Shown here piece after piece: positions 1-7,869 of a stretch of DNA of 64,000 bases. The stretch is from Chloroflexota bacterium (GTDB lineage Bacteria; Chloroflexota; Anaerolineae; Anaerolineales; Villigracilaceae), in contig JBFMDB010000017.1 of NCBI GenBank assembly GCA_040753755.1, forward strand, positions 9,729-73,728. The letters are read 5' to 3'. The notes under the pieces are model-generated. The model was not told where the DNA came from. It did not search any database and saw only the letters and a program-made list of their open reading frames with translations. The translations under genes and the position numbers were made by a program. Each line of letters starts with the position of its first letter. Within the stretch, counting starts at the first letter, position 1.

Positions 1-1768
1 CGCGCCAGTCGAAGTTGCCAATGAGCAGGGCAAGGTTGTACCATGAGATTACGTTGTAATATCCATTGGTATGTTGACTGACGCCGCGATGAATATCCAC
101 GCAGGCGTTCTTCCCGTGCGAAGTGAACTCGAAGGCTAGGTCTTCCAAATCTTTCACGCGGATGCCGGTGATCTCCGACCATTCTTCGATGGTCTTTTCG
201 TTCGCGGATTCTTTCAGGATTTGCAAACTGCTCTTGACGGTATACTCGCCAATCGCGGCGTTTTCCACAAAAAGTTGACCCGCTGTGACTGGGCGTTCCG
301 CATCGTTCGGGTCGAACAGAACGGGATTCCCATCCGCGTCCAACACGACGAAGGGATCTGTCGCGTATACAACCGGCTCTGTCCCATCGGACGGTGTGGT
401 CACATATGTCACAGCCTTCTTGCCGTCTACTTCCTCTTCCTTTTTTTCCACTAATTTGAGGTCAGAACCGTGCAGGAATTTTCCGGGCGTTCCTTTTTCC
501 TTGTCAATTTTTACGAGCCAACTGGCGTTGCACCAGGTCGGTTCCTTGGCATTGGCGGAGGCGGCTTTGTTTGCCAGCGCGAGATATTTCGCATCGTAGC
601 GTTCGTTGGCAATGATCCATTGGATCAGCGCCAGCGCAATCGCGCCTTCACTGCCAGGTTTGTTGGGAAGCCACTTCCATGCCTTGCCTGCGATCTTGGA
701 CAGGCGCGGATCGATCACGGCGAATTTCAACTCGCCCGTTGCAAGACGATCCGTGATGCGCGGCACGCGGTTGGTGGGACCATAGTTGCCCTCAAAGGGT
801 GAAGCGCCGACGAAGATGACGAAATCTGCCGACGCCGTGTCGCCCATCCAATAGGCTTTCGCTCCGCCCGTAAACTTCCCGGTAGCCGCGTCCCACTGAT
901 CGGACATGGACTTGCCCGAGAAGTACAGCGATCCCTGACAGACGGTGGTGTGACCGTGGCGGTTGGTCGTGCCAAGCCCCGACCCGAAAAAGCGATGCGC
1001 AATGTCGGCGCGCCCGCCCTTCTTGCGTCCCCAGAAGTACAGGATCTGGTTGTTCTTCGGACCAAAATCGGGATGGTCAGGGTCGATCATCTTATCGAGA
1101 TAATCCTTGAAGTCGGTTTTGAACTGCTCGATGAGAGCGTTCTTCTTCTCCACATCCTTCTCGGCGCGGATCTTGCCGATGGCGGCGTTCATATCCTTCA
1201 TGACCTGCGCATCGGTGATGGCGCGCAGGGTGCGCAGACCTTCCACTTCGCGGGATTCTTCGCCAGCCACGTTTTTGAAAAGTTTTCCACCTTCGACGAT
1301 TTCCGTGATGGCTTGGTCAAACGGAATCGTGACCCATTGGTTCTCACCGCGTTTGCCCGCGCGTTTAAGCACCTGCTTTATACGGAAGGGATCATATGCC
1401 GCTTGCAGACCAGCCTGCCCCTTTGGGCAGAGCGGTGCATCCATCTTTCCCATGTCTGCGAGCGGGGTTTCGTATGGTAGATGCGGGACGAGGTTCCACG
1501 GTGAATACGGATTGCCCTCGATCTTCACCGCTACTCCGTCGAGCAATTTGACTTTGATGCCGCATTGTGTGTTGCACTGCTGGCAGACGGAATACACCTG
1601 ATTGACAGGGTCGGTCAATTTGTACGCCGAACCGTTAGTGGATTGTGCCAACGCCCTTTGCACTTTGGGCAAGCTTCCGAGGAATGCAGTTGCCGCTCCG
1701 CCCGCGCCCGCGATCTTTAGGAAGTCGCGGCGCGAGATTTTACAAGTTGAAGGTTGTTTGGTGTTCAT
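1..1768 (-). CDS. Molybdopterin oxidoreductase catalytic subunit, TtrA-like (5' portion; gene continues beyond window start)
   Basis: Absent from the ORF track because it has no stop in the window. The reverse complement from ATG 1768 reads MNTKQPSTCKISRRDFLKIAGAGGAA (twin-arginine signal), then CQQCNTQCGIKVK...CPKG (N-terminal FeS Cys motif). KRAGKRGENQWVTIPFDQAITEIVEGGKLF and FGPKNNQIL resemble Salmonella TtrA as I recall it. ATGA overlap with the upstream NrfD-like gene. Confidence 0.75.
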   Translation of the reverse strand, partial: MNTKQPSTCKISRRDFLKIAGAGGAATAFLGSLPKVQRALAQSTNGSAYKLTDPVNQVYSVCQQCNTQCGIKVKLLDGVAVKIEGNPYSPWNLVPHLPYETPLADMGKMDAPLCPKGQAGLQAAYDPFRIKQVLKRAGKRGENQWVTIPFDQAITEIVEGGKLFKNVAGEESREVEGLRTLRAITDAQVMKDMNAAIGKIRAEKDVEKKNALIEQFKTDFKDYLDKMIDPDHPDFGPKNNQILYFWGRKKGGRADIAHRFFGSGLGTTNRHGHTTVCQGSLYFSGKSMSDQWDAATGKFTGGAKAYWMGDTASADFVIFVGASPFEGNYGPTNRVPRITDRLATGELKFAVIDPRLSKIAGKAWKWLPNKPGSEGAIALALIQWIIANERYDAKYLALANKAASANAKEPTWCNASWLVKIDKEKGTPGKFLHGSDLKLVEKKEEEVDGKKAVTYVTTPSDGTEPVVYATDPFVVLDADGNPVLFDPNDAERPVTAGQLFVENAAIGEYTVKSSLQILKESANEKTIEEWSEITGIRVKDLEDLAFEFTSHGKNACVDIHRGVSQHTNGYYNVISWYNLALLIGNFDWR

Positions 1769-2907
1769 TGCTTCACCTCCGATTCAGATGTGAAGATGTT
1801 CAGCCGCTTGAAATCGAAGCCGAGCAGGAGGGCGATGATCGTGCCGCCCACCACACCCGAAACCACGGAAAGTTCCAGCAGGCTGGGAGAGTAATCGAAT
1901 GAAAGATGAGGTCCCGTGAACGCAGTGGCAAGCCCTTCAAGTTCAGGGATGGTCAGCGCGGGGAAGACGATGTTTGTGCGGGCGATGGCAAAGCCGACCA
2001 GCACGAAGACGCCCATCCACCCTGCCCAGGCGCCGTTCCCAGCCAGTTTGGGCTGAGTCAGAACGAGTATGGGGAGAAGTGTCCCAATCCCGATCTGGAC
2101 GATCCAAAATTGCCAGGAGTATGGTCCGAAGAGAACCGCCTGAACCGCTTCCACATTTTGCGGAACACCCGCATAGATAGATTGGGAGAAGTCGCTCCAA
2201 ACAAAGTAAGTTTTGATGAGTAAAAGCACAACGACGGCTATGCCAATCACCTTGAGTTGTTCGGGGCGATTCTCGGTCTTCGGCGCAAACCATCCAAGCA
2301 CGATCATTAACAGGGCGAAGCCAGTTGCCATCGAGAAGATCGGAAATTGCACGGGGAGCAAGCCCACATGCCAATACGCGCGGCTGGCATTGACGCCCAG
2401 CAGCGCGCCCACGCCGCCGCTCAGGAAGATGGCGAGGAACAAGCCGAGCGAGAGAACCCATTTTGTAAGTTTGGCTTCGGGATTGTGATAGACCAGCCAC
2501 ATCGTCGCGAGGATGACTGCGATGAAGGAGGTGTAGCCCCAGACCATCTGAGCGAGTAGTGAGAAGGGATTCGGGCTGAGATACACCTTGACGATGCGTT
2601 CCATGTGACCGAGGTCCATGCCGATGGTCGCCAGCGCGGCGGGCATGCAGATCAGGGCGCTCCATAAGGCGGCTTTGCCTGTTCCTTTGAACAGTTTGAT
2701 ATTGAAAAGGTATTCCATTGTGGCGAACATATAGGAACCTGTCGCCGCGCCTGCAAAGAACAGATACATCGCGACCCAGAGTCCCCACACCACGTAAGAA
2801 CCGTAATTCACATCGCGCTCACCCACGAACAAGCGGGTGTAGATTCCCCAGACGCCAGCCAGCAAAGCCAGAACGCCAAATGCGTACGTTAGTTTTTTGG
2901 ATAACAT
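1765..2907 (-). CDS. NrfD/PsrC-type integral membrane subunit (TtrC-like)
   Basis: 380-aa ORF made of many hydrophobic helices (LLAGVWGIYTRLFV, VVWGLWVAMYLFFAGAATGSY ...). It lies between the FeS and Mo subunit genes with 10-nt and -4-nt spacing. Confidence 0.75.
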   Translation of the reverse strand: MLSKKLTYAFGVLALLAGVWGIYTRLFVGERDVNYGSYVVWGLWVAMYLFFAGAATGSYMFATMEYLFNIKLFKGTGKAALWSALICMPAALATIGMDLGHMERIVKVYLSPNPFSLLAQMVWGYTSFIAVILATMWLVYHNPEAKLTKWVLSLGLFLAIFLSGGVGALLGVNASRAYWHVGLLPVQFPIFSMATGFALLMIVLGWFAPKTENRPEQLKVIGIAVVVLLLIKTYFVWSDFSQSIYAGVPQNVEAVQAVLFGPYSWQFWIVQIGIGTLLPILVLTQPKLAGNGAWAGWMGVFVLVGFAIARTNIVFPALTIPELEGLATAFTGPHLSFDYSPSLLELSVVSGVVGGTIIALLLGFDFKRLNIFTSESEVKQ

Positions 2908-2917
2908 CTCCGCCTCC

Positions 2918-3664
2918 TCACACCAGATAGTAAACCTTCGGCTCGGTGCCCAACTCTTCCTTCAAGCGGATGGCGTTCGTCTGCTTGATGAGTTCGGATA
3001 CCAGGCTGTCGGGATCGTTGGCGTCGCCATACAGCGTGGCGCGCCCGATACAAGTCGTCACACACGCGGGCAATTCACCTTCATGGACGCGATGCAGGCA
3101 GAAGTGACACTTGCGCGCATTGCCGATCGGGGACGAGCGATGTCCCTCACGCGCCCACTCTTTGCCGTATTCGAAGTTCGGCGCGCGTTCGTAATCGTCG
3201 GCGGTCTCGCGTCCTACAATCGCGCCTTCCAGCACAGGCAGGTCTTCGGTATAGGTGTAACCGAAGTCCGCGGTGCGAGCGCCGTAGGGACAGGCGACGA
3301 TGCAGGCGCGGCAGCCGATGCACTGTTCATAATCCACGACCACGACGCCTTCCGCGTTTGTGTATGTGGCGGTCACAGGACAAACGGGCACGCAAGGCGG
3401 GTTGTCGCATTGCATACAGGGTCGGGGAATGAACTGGCGCGTCACATTGGGATATGTTCCAATCTCACGCTCCATCACGGGGCGATACACAACCCCCGGC
3501 GGTAACTTGTTCTCAGCCACACACGCAATCGTACAGGCATGGCAACCCACGCATTTGCGCAGGTCAATTACCATCACCCAGCGGCGATCCTCGGGCGCCT
3601 TTTGCAAGGCGCGCTCAAGGTCTTCGTACATGCGGACGAGAACGTCTATCGGTTCTTGAGCCAT
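2918..3664 (-). CDS. 4Fe-4S ferredoxin-type electron-transfer subunit (TtrB/PsrB/DmsB-like)
   Basis: Four Cys clusters: [35 protein letters not shown] and CHFCLHRV...C..C. First gene of the FeS-membrane-Mo operon. Confidence 0.85.
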   Translation of the reverse strand: MAQEPIDVLVRMYEDLERALQKAPEDRRWVMVIDLRKCVGCHACTIACVAENKLPPGVVYRPVMEREIGTYPNVTRQFIPRPCMQCDNPPCVPVCPVTATYTNAEGVVVVDYEQCIGCRACIVACPYGARTADFGYTYTEDLPVLEGAIVGRETADDYERAPNFEYGKEWAREGHRSSPIGNARKCHFCLHRVHEGELPACVTTCIGRATLYGDANDPDSLVSELIKQTNAIRLKEELGTEPKVYYLV

Positions 3665-3800
3665 AGAAAAACCTCCTTGAAAATTGAGTCGGAATCATCG
3701 GATAATGCCAGTGTTATTTTCCACCCGAAGCTGAATTTCCCATAGCGGGAAAAGTTGGATGTTTTATTGGAAACTTGTCAGGAAAAACCCCACAATGAAT

Positions 3801-3835
3801 ATGACATTCAGGATTTTATATATGAGTAATGTCAT
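3801..3835. promoter_or_regulatory. 8-bp inverted repeat ATGACATT-N19-AATGTCAT in the AT-rich divergent intergenic region
   Basis: Read directly from the sequence. It lies between the divergent FeS-subunit gene and the sensor kinase gene. No known consensus could be assigned. Confidence 0.2.
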
Positions 3836-4054
3836 GGGTGGATAGAATCAAAAAAGCAGGGATCGTTTGGTTTGATGTGATTACGGTGTGTTTTGTCGAA
3901 TACTTCACAAAAACCGAGGTTTCGCTCCTTATGTTCGTTTGCGAATTTTTTACCCGTATACCAGATATGTACCCGCTGGTCAGCTCGAATTGATGTCATG
4001 AGACATGGGAAGCAAAATATCCACTTCAAGGTGAATGTTATAATTTGGCAACCC

Positions 4055-5971
4055 ATGATCCACCGTCTTCAAGTTCGACTCACCATTCTATTCACAGCGT
4101 TCGTTCTGCTTGTACTCGTCTCCGTCGGCGTCACATACTTGGGACTGCAGACCCAGCAACAGGACGCGCTGGTCATAAACCTGGCGGGGCGTCAGCGTAT
4201 GCTGATCCAGCAGATGACGCGATTGTCGTTTCAATTGCAAGACGGGGATGAATCTGCCTCTGCCGCCTTGAAGGAATCGGAAGAAACCTTTAGTCAGACG
4301 TTATCTGCCTTGCGGAATGGGGGAAGCGCTCCTTACCTGACGAACAGCGTGGTCAACCTGCCGACCACGCGTGACCCGCGGTTGCTCGCCGCGTTAGATG
4401 AGGTGGGATCAGCCTGGAATCAATACCGCTCCACTTTGGATGCGATCGATGCTTCCGCTGATTCCGCGTCATTACTTGTCACCCTTGAAAAGCAATCCAA
4501 CGACCTGGTGCAAAAAGCAGATGTGGTGGTGCGTTTATATGAAACAACCTCGACCGCAAAAGTGAATCGTCTGAGGGGCATTCAGGTCACGTTTTTGGCG
4601 TTTGCGCTGGCACTGCTTGCAATAGGCGCTTGGATGACGCGTCGCTCGTTGCTCACGCCGCTTCAAGAGTTGAGGTTGGCGGCAAAAAGACTCGGGGAAA
4701 ATAAACTCGATGCGCCGATACAGGTCGAAGGTCCAGAGGAGATGCGGGCGTTGTCACAAGCGTTCGATGAAATGCGATCTCGTCTGCATACTGCACATGA
4801 AGAACTCATCCAATGGAATGCCACGCTCGAAGAACGTGTTGCCCAACGCACACGCGAACTCGAAACTCTGAATGAAGTCAGTCGTGAAATTTCCTCGCGC
4901 CTCGATATTCAACACGTGTTGAATTCGGTTACCGAAAAGGCACGTGTGTTATTGGGCGGCGAAGCGGCAGCGTTGTGCCTTGTAGACGAAAGCCAGCATT
5001 GGTTGAAACTTCAAACGTTGAGCGGTCCCAAACATGCGGTGGTTGGAAACACGATGCGCGCCGACAATGAATTTTCCGATGCTGTATTGGCTGGTGATGG
5101 CGCGCTGATCTGCGGGGTGGGCGCATGCCGCGGTGGTTGCCGTATGTTATCTGATGAATATCGCACAAGCCATCTAGCCGCGCCGCTTCGCATCGGCAGC
5201 CGCGTGATCGGTGCGTTGTGTGTCGGCAGTCCCGCACAAAATCAATTCGCTACTGAGTCGGCGGATATGTTGACCAAGCTTGCAAACGTTGCCGTGATTG
5301 CGCTGGAGAATGCGCGTTTGTTCGCGCAAGCCGAGCGCGTGGCAACCCTCGAAGAGCGGCGCCGTGTTGCGGCGGAGATGCACGACGGGCTTGGGCAAAC
5401 ACTCAGTTATCTTGGCTTGATGACCGACCAGGTTGTGGAATTTCTTTCGGATGGACAGGATGATGCAGCGCTCGAACGTCTGCATAAGACGCGGGAGACG
5501 ATTGGCAAAGCCACAAGCGACGTGCGCCGCGCGATCAACAAGTTGATGGATGATTCGCCTGTATCGAAGGATTTATGTACGCGTCTGCATGACACATTGG
5601 ACGAGGTCGCCTCACAACATGACCTGGAGTCGGTCTGGCGTTCTGACATTGACCCTGCGCCTGATTGCTCTCCGCAGACTGCCGAGCAGATTCACAACAT
5701 CACGCGTGAAGCGTTGACCAATGCGGCGCGACATGCAAATGCAAAAAAAGTCAGCGTGCAGGTTGGGCAAAACGACGGAAATTATTTTGTGGTGATCGAA
5801 GATGATGGACAAGGTTTCGATACATCGCAGCCCGCTCCAGACGGGCATTTTGGTTTGCAGATCATGCAAGCGCGCGCCAAACATATTGGCGGCGGGATCG
5901 AAGTTCAATCCGCACCCAGGAATGGGACGCGTATCAAGGTGACATGGCCCGTGAAAAAGGAAGCTGGATGA
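4055..5971 (+). CDS. Sensor histidine kinase with NarX/NarQ-type P-box sensor, HAMP, GAF, HisKA_3 and HATPase_c
   Basis: TM helix, then LVINLAGRQRMLIQQMTRL (P-box-like), a second TM, HAMP, a GAF-like block (DIQHVLNSVTEKARVLLGGEAAALCLVDE). H-box RRRVAAEMHDGLGQTLS; ATPase motifs ITREALTNAARHANA, IEDDGQGF, GLQIMQARA. Start moved from 3893 to ATG 4055 (MIHRLQVRLTILF...). Confidence 0.85.
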   Translation: MIHRLQVRLTILFTAFVLLVLVSVGVTYLGLQTQQQDALVINLAGRQRMLIQQMTRLSFQLQDGDESASAALKESEETFSQTLSALRNGGSAPYLTNSVVNLPTTRDPRLLAALDEVGSAWNQYRSTLDAIDASADSASLLVTLEKQSNDLVQKADVVVRLYETTSTAKVNRLRGIQVTFLAFALALLAIGAWMTRRSLLTPLQELRLAAKRLGENKLDAPIQVEGPEEMRALSQAFDEMRSRLHTAHEELIQWNATLEERVAQRTRELETLNEVSREISSRLDIQHVLNSVTEKARVLLGGEAAALCLVDESQHWLKLQTLSGPKHAVVGNTMRADNEFSDAVLAGDGALICGVGACRGGCRMLSDEYRTSHLAAPLRIGSRVIGALCVGSPAQNQFATESADMLTKLANVAVIALENARLFAQAERVATLEERRRVAAEMHDGLGQTLSYLGLMTDQVVEFLSDGQDDAALERLHKTRETIGKATSDVRRAINKLMDDSPVSKDLCTRLHDTLDEVASQHDLESVWRSDIDPAPDCSPQTAEQIHNITREALTNAARHANAKKVSVQVGQNDGNYFVVIEDDGQGFDTSQPAPDGHFGLQIMQARAKHIGGGIEVQSAPRNGTRIKVTWPVKKEAG

Positions 5972-6618
5972 AACAGACCCGTGTATTACTGGCTGATGAT
6001 CATGCCCTCTTCCGCGAGGGACTCGCAGGCATCATCAGCGCTCAATCCGATATGCAGGTGGTTGGCGAAGCCAACGATGGCTTGGAAGCCTTCATCAAAG
6101 CGCAGGAATTAAAGCCTGATCTGATTCTAATGGATGTGCAAATGCCCGGCATGGATGGCATCGAAGCAGTGAAGCAAATTAAACAGGTATTGCCTGAGAC
6201 GATCATTGTCATGCTCACTGTGCGCGGCGACGATGATATGCTTTTCGAAGCGCTCAAGAATGGCGCACAAGGTTATTTGCTGAAAGAAATCCGATCCCAG
6301 GCATTATTGGAAATGTTGCGCGGAGCTTTGCGTGGTGAAGCCGCCATCTCGCCAAACCTCGCGGGACGTGTCCTGTCGGAATTCCGTCGGTTGAGCAAAG
6401 GCGGAATCCACGAGAAGGAAGATGACAGCGGGTTGACCGAACGGGAACAACAAGTATTGGTACAGGCATCCAACGGCGCAACGGATAAGGAAATTGCTGC
6501 AAGTTTGAATATCAGTTTGAATACGGTCAAGACCCATATCCGGAATATTTTGTCCAAGTTGCATGTGTCCACGCGGCGCGAGGCGGCGAAGGCGGCGAAG
6601 GCGAAAGGGATTTTGTAA
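5968..6618 (+). CDS. NarL/LuxR-family response regulator
   Basis: REC motifs (VLLADDHALFREG, DLILMDVQMPGMDG, MLTV) plus a LuxR HTH (LTEREQQVLVQASNGATDKEIAASLNISLNTVKTHIRNILSKL). ATG 5968 overlaps the kinase stop (ATGA). Confidence 0.9.
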   Translation: MKQTRVLLADDHALFREGLAGIISAQSDMQVVGEANDGLEAFIKAQELKPDLILMDVQMPGMDGIEAVKQIKQVLPETIIVMLTVRGDDDMLFEALKNGAQGYLLKEIRSQALLEMLRGALRGEAAISPNLAGRVLSEFRRLSKGGIHEKEDDSGLTEREQQVLVQASNGATDKEIAASLNISLNTVKTHIRNILSKLHVSTRREAAKAAKAKGIL

Positions 6619-6752
6619 GATCAGAAAATCGTAGTTTCAATGGTCATTGCGACCGGAGCAAAAGTAACACAACTTGGTTGGAGATCGCTTCTTCGGGAAG
6701 TGCACCCTCCTGACAATCACGGTAGGCGGACCAAAAGAACTAATTCTTTCTG

Positions 6753-6784
6753 AAAAAGAGTGATTTTCAAATCACTCTTTTTTC
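6753..6784. terminator. Bidirectional intrinsic terminator-like hairpin
   Basis: AAAAAGAGTGATT-ttca-AATCACTCTTTTT: perfect 13-bp stem flanked by an A-run and a T-run, downstream of the response regulator gene. Confidence 0.7.
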
Positions 6785-6874
6785 ATTCCAAAGGCGGGAT
6801 GGGGGAGGATGGGAGTACAGCTTAGTTTCCGGTATCCTTGAAGCATACTTTGTTCAATTTGTCACATACAGATT

Positions 6875-7258
6875 ATGCCTAACCCTCGCGTTTTGTTGAT
6901 CAGTTCCCAGCACCTCTTCGGCGAAAGCATGGAGACCATCCTGCGCGCAGAAAAAGAGGTGGAATTGATCGGCCCATGGTCTCTGGGCGATCAAGATATT
7001 TGCGAGCGGATGCTTGAGGTAAGTCCTTCTGTGATCGTCATTGCCGACCATGACTTGCAAAGTAAGGTTGCGGCAGAGTTGACAAATGCCATCATCGAAC
7101 AATATCCAGAGATCTCGGTGATCCGTACCGGGTTGAATAAAAACGTCTTTCGAATCTTTTCCACTCACACAGTTCCTGCCCGGGGCGAGGATTTGCTTGA
7201 AGCCATTCGTTCCTGCATTACCCGGACACAGGAAGCAACCGGGAACGAGCGCCTATAA
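6875..7258 (+). CDS. Stand-alone receiver-like (pseudo-receiver) protein
   Basis: 127 aa with a CheY-like beta/alpha pattern (RVLLISSQ, SVIVIADHD, ISVIRTG). The acidic pair is replaced by Ser-Ser and the conserved Lys is absent. No obvious SD. Confidence 0.5.
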   Translation: MPNPRVLLISSQHLFGESMETILRAEKEVELIGPWSLGDQDICERMLEVSPSVIVIADHDLQSKVAAELTNAIIEQYPEISVIRTGLNKNVFRIFSTHTVPARGEDLLEAIRSCITRTQEATGNERL

Positions 7259-7284
7259 ACAACGATCAGGAGTTTGCGAAAGCC

Positions 7285-7869
7285 ATGTTGAAAAATAAAA
7301 ACGGCAAATTTAAAAAACAAATCCCCCTCTTGTTGGTTATGGTTCTTATGTCATTACTCGTCGGATGCGGTTCCACGCCTGAGGATGTAACACCAGTCGA
7401 AACGCCTTCGGCGGAGGCGATCGCTGGGGGAGATGTTGAGAACGGAAGGAAATTGTTCATGGGCTATGCTCACTTCGAACATGAAGGTCCGCCCTGTATG
7501 GGATGTCACAGCGTGGGCGAGAATGGAATCCTTGGCGGCGGGGCGCTGGGTCCCAACCTGACTAACATTTCTGCAGAGCGCAGTGATGATGAAATCATCG
7601 GTGTGCTGTCGAATACAGGAACGGTCATCTCGCCGGTGATGAAACCCATCTATGAAACGGATCCCTTGACCGCGCAGGAACAAGCCGACCTGTTGGCTTT
7701 CATGAAAGCCTCCGTTGGAGAGCCAGAAACAGACAGGGAGTTATTGGTGTTCGGTATCAGCATTCTCGGTACGGTAGGCGCCGCCATCATGTTTGGGTTT
7801 ATTTACCGTAACCGTTTACGGAGCGTACGCAGGGCGTTGGTGAACAAAGCACAAAAGGAGTTGCTATGA
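7285..7869 (+). CDS. Monohaem c-type cytochrome lipoprotein with C-terminal TM anchor (NarC-like position)
   Basis: Lipobox LLVGC, single CMGCH haem-binding motif, candidate distal Met (SPVMKP). C-terminal helix [22 protein letters not shown] followed by a basic tail. SD aggag upstream; stop overlaps the narG ATG. Confidence 0.8.
   Translation: MLKNKNGKFKKQIPLLLVMVLMSLLVGCGSTPEDVTPVETPSAEAIAGGDVENGRKLFMGYAHFEHEGPPCMGCHSVGENGILGGGALGPNLTNISAERSDDEIIGVLSNTGTVISPVMKPIYETDPLTAQEQADLLAFMKASVGEPETDRELLVFGISILGTVGAAIMFGFIYRNRLRSVRRALVNKAQKELL

Noticed and set aside
3893-4054. 54-codon N-terminal extension of the sensor kinase ORF (similar extensions at 18606, 28493, 34722, 36155, 53021..54220, 58939..59940 and 59762..60850)
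   Set aside because: The extensions run through promoter or repeat DNA or overlap the upstream gene. They lack signal or TM character. Internal ATGs with SD sequences or stop-start overlaps give products with canonical N-termini.
6786-7284. NarL heptamers (TACYYMT) and FNR/CRP boxes upstream of the nar operon (also TGTTC-N6-TCACA at about 6851-6866, and TACCCGT/TACCCGC at about 3951-3975)
   Set aside because: I found only partial matches, in implausible positions relative to the start codons. They cannot be distinguished from chance without comparative data.
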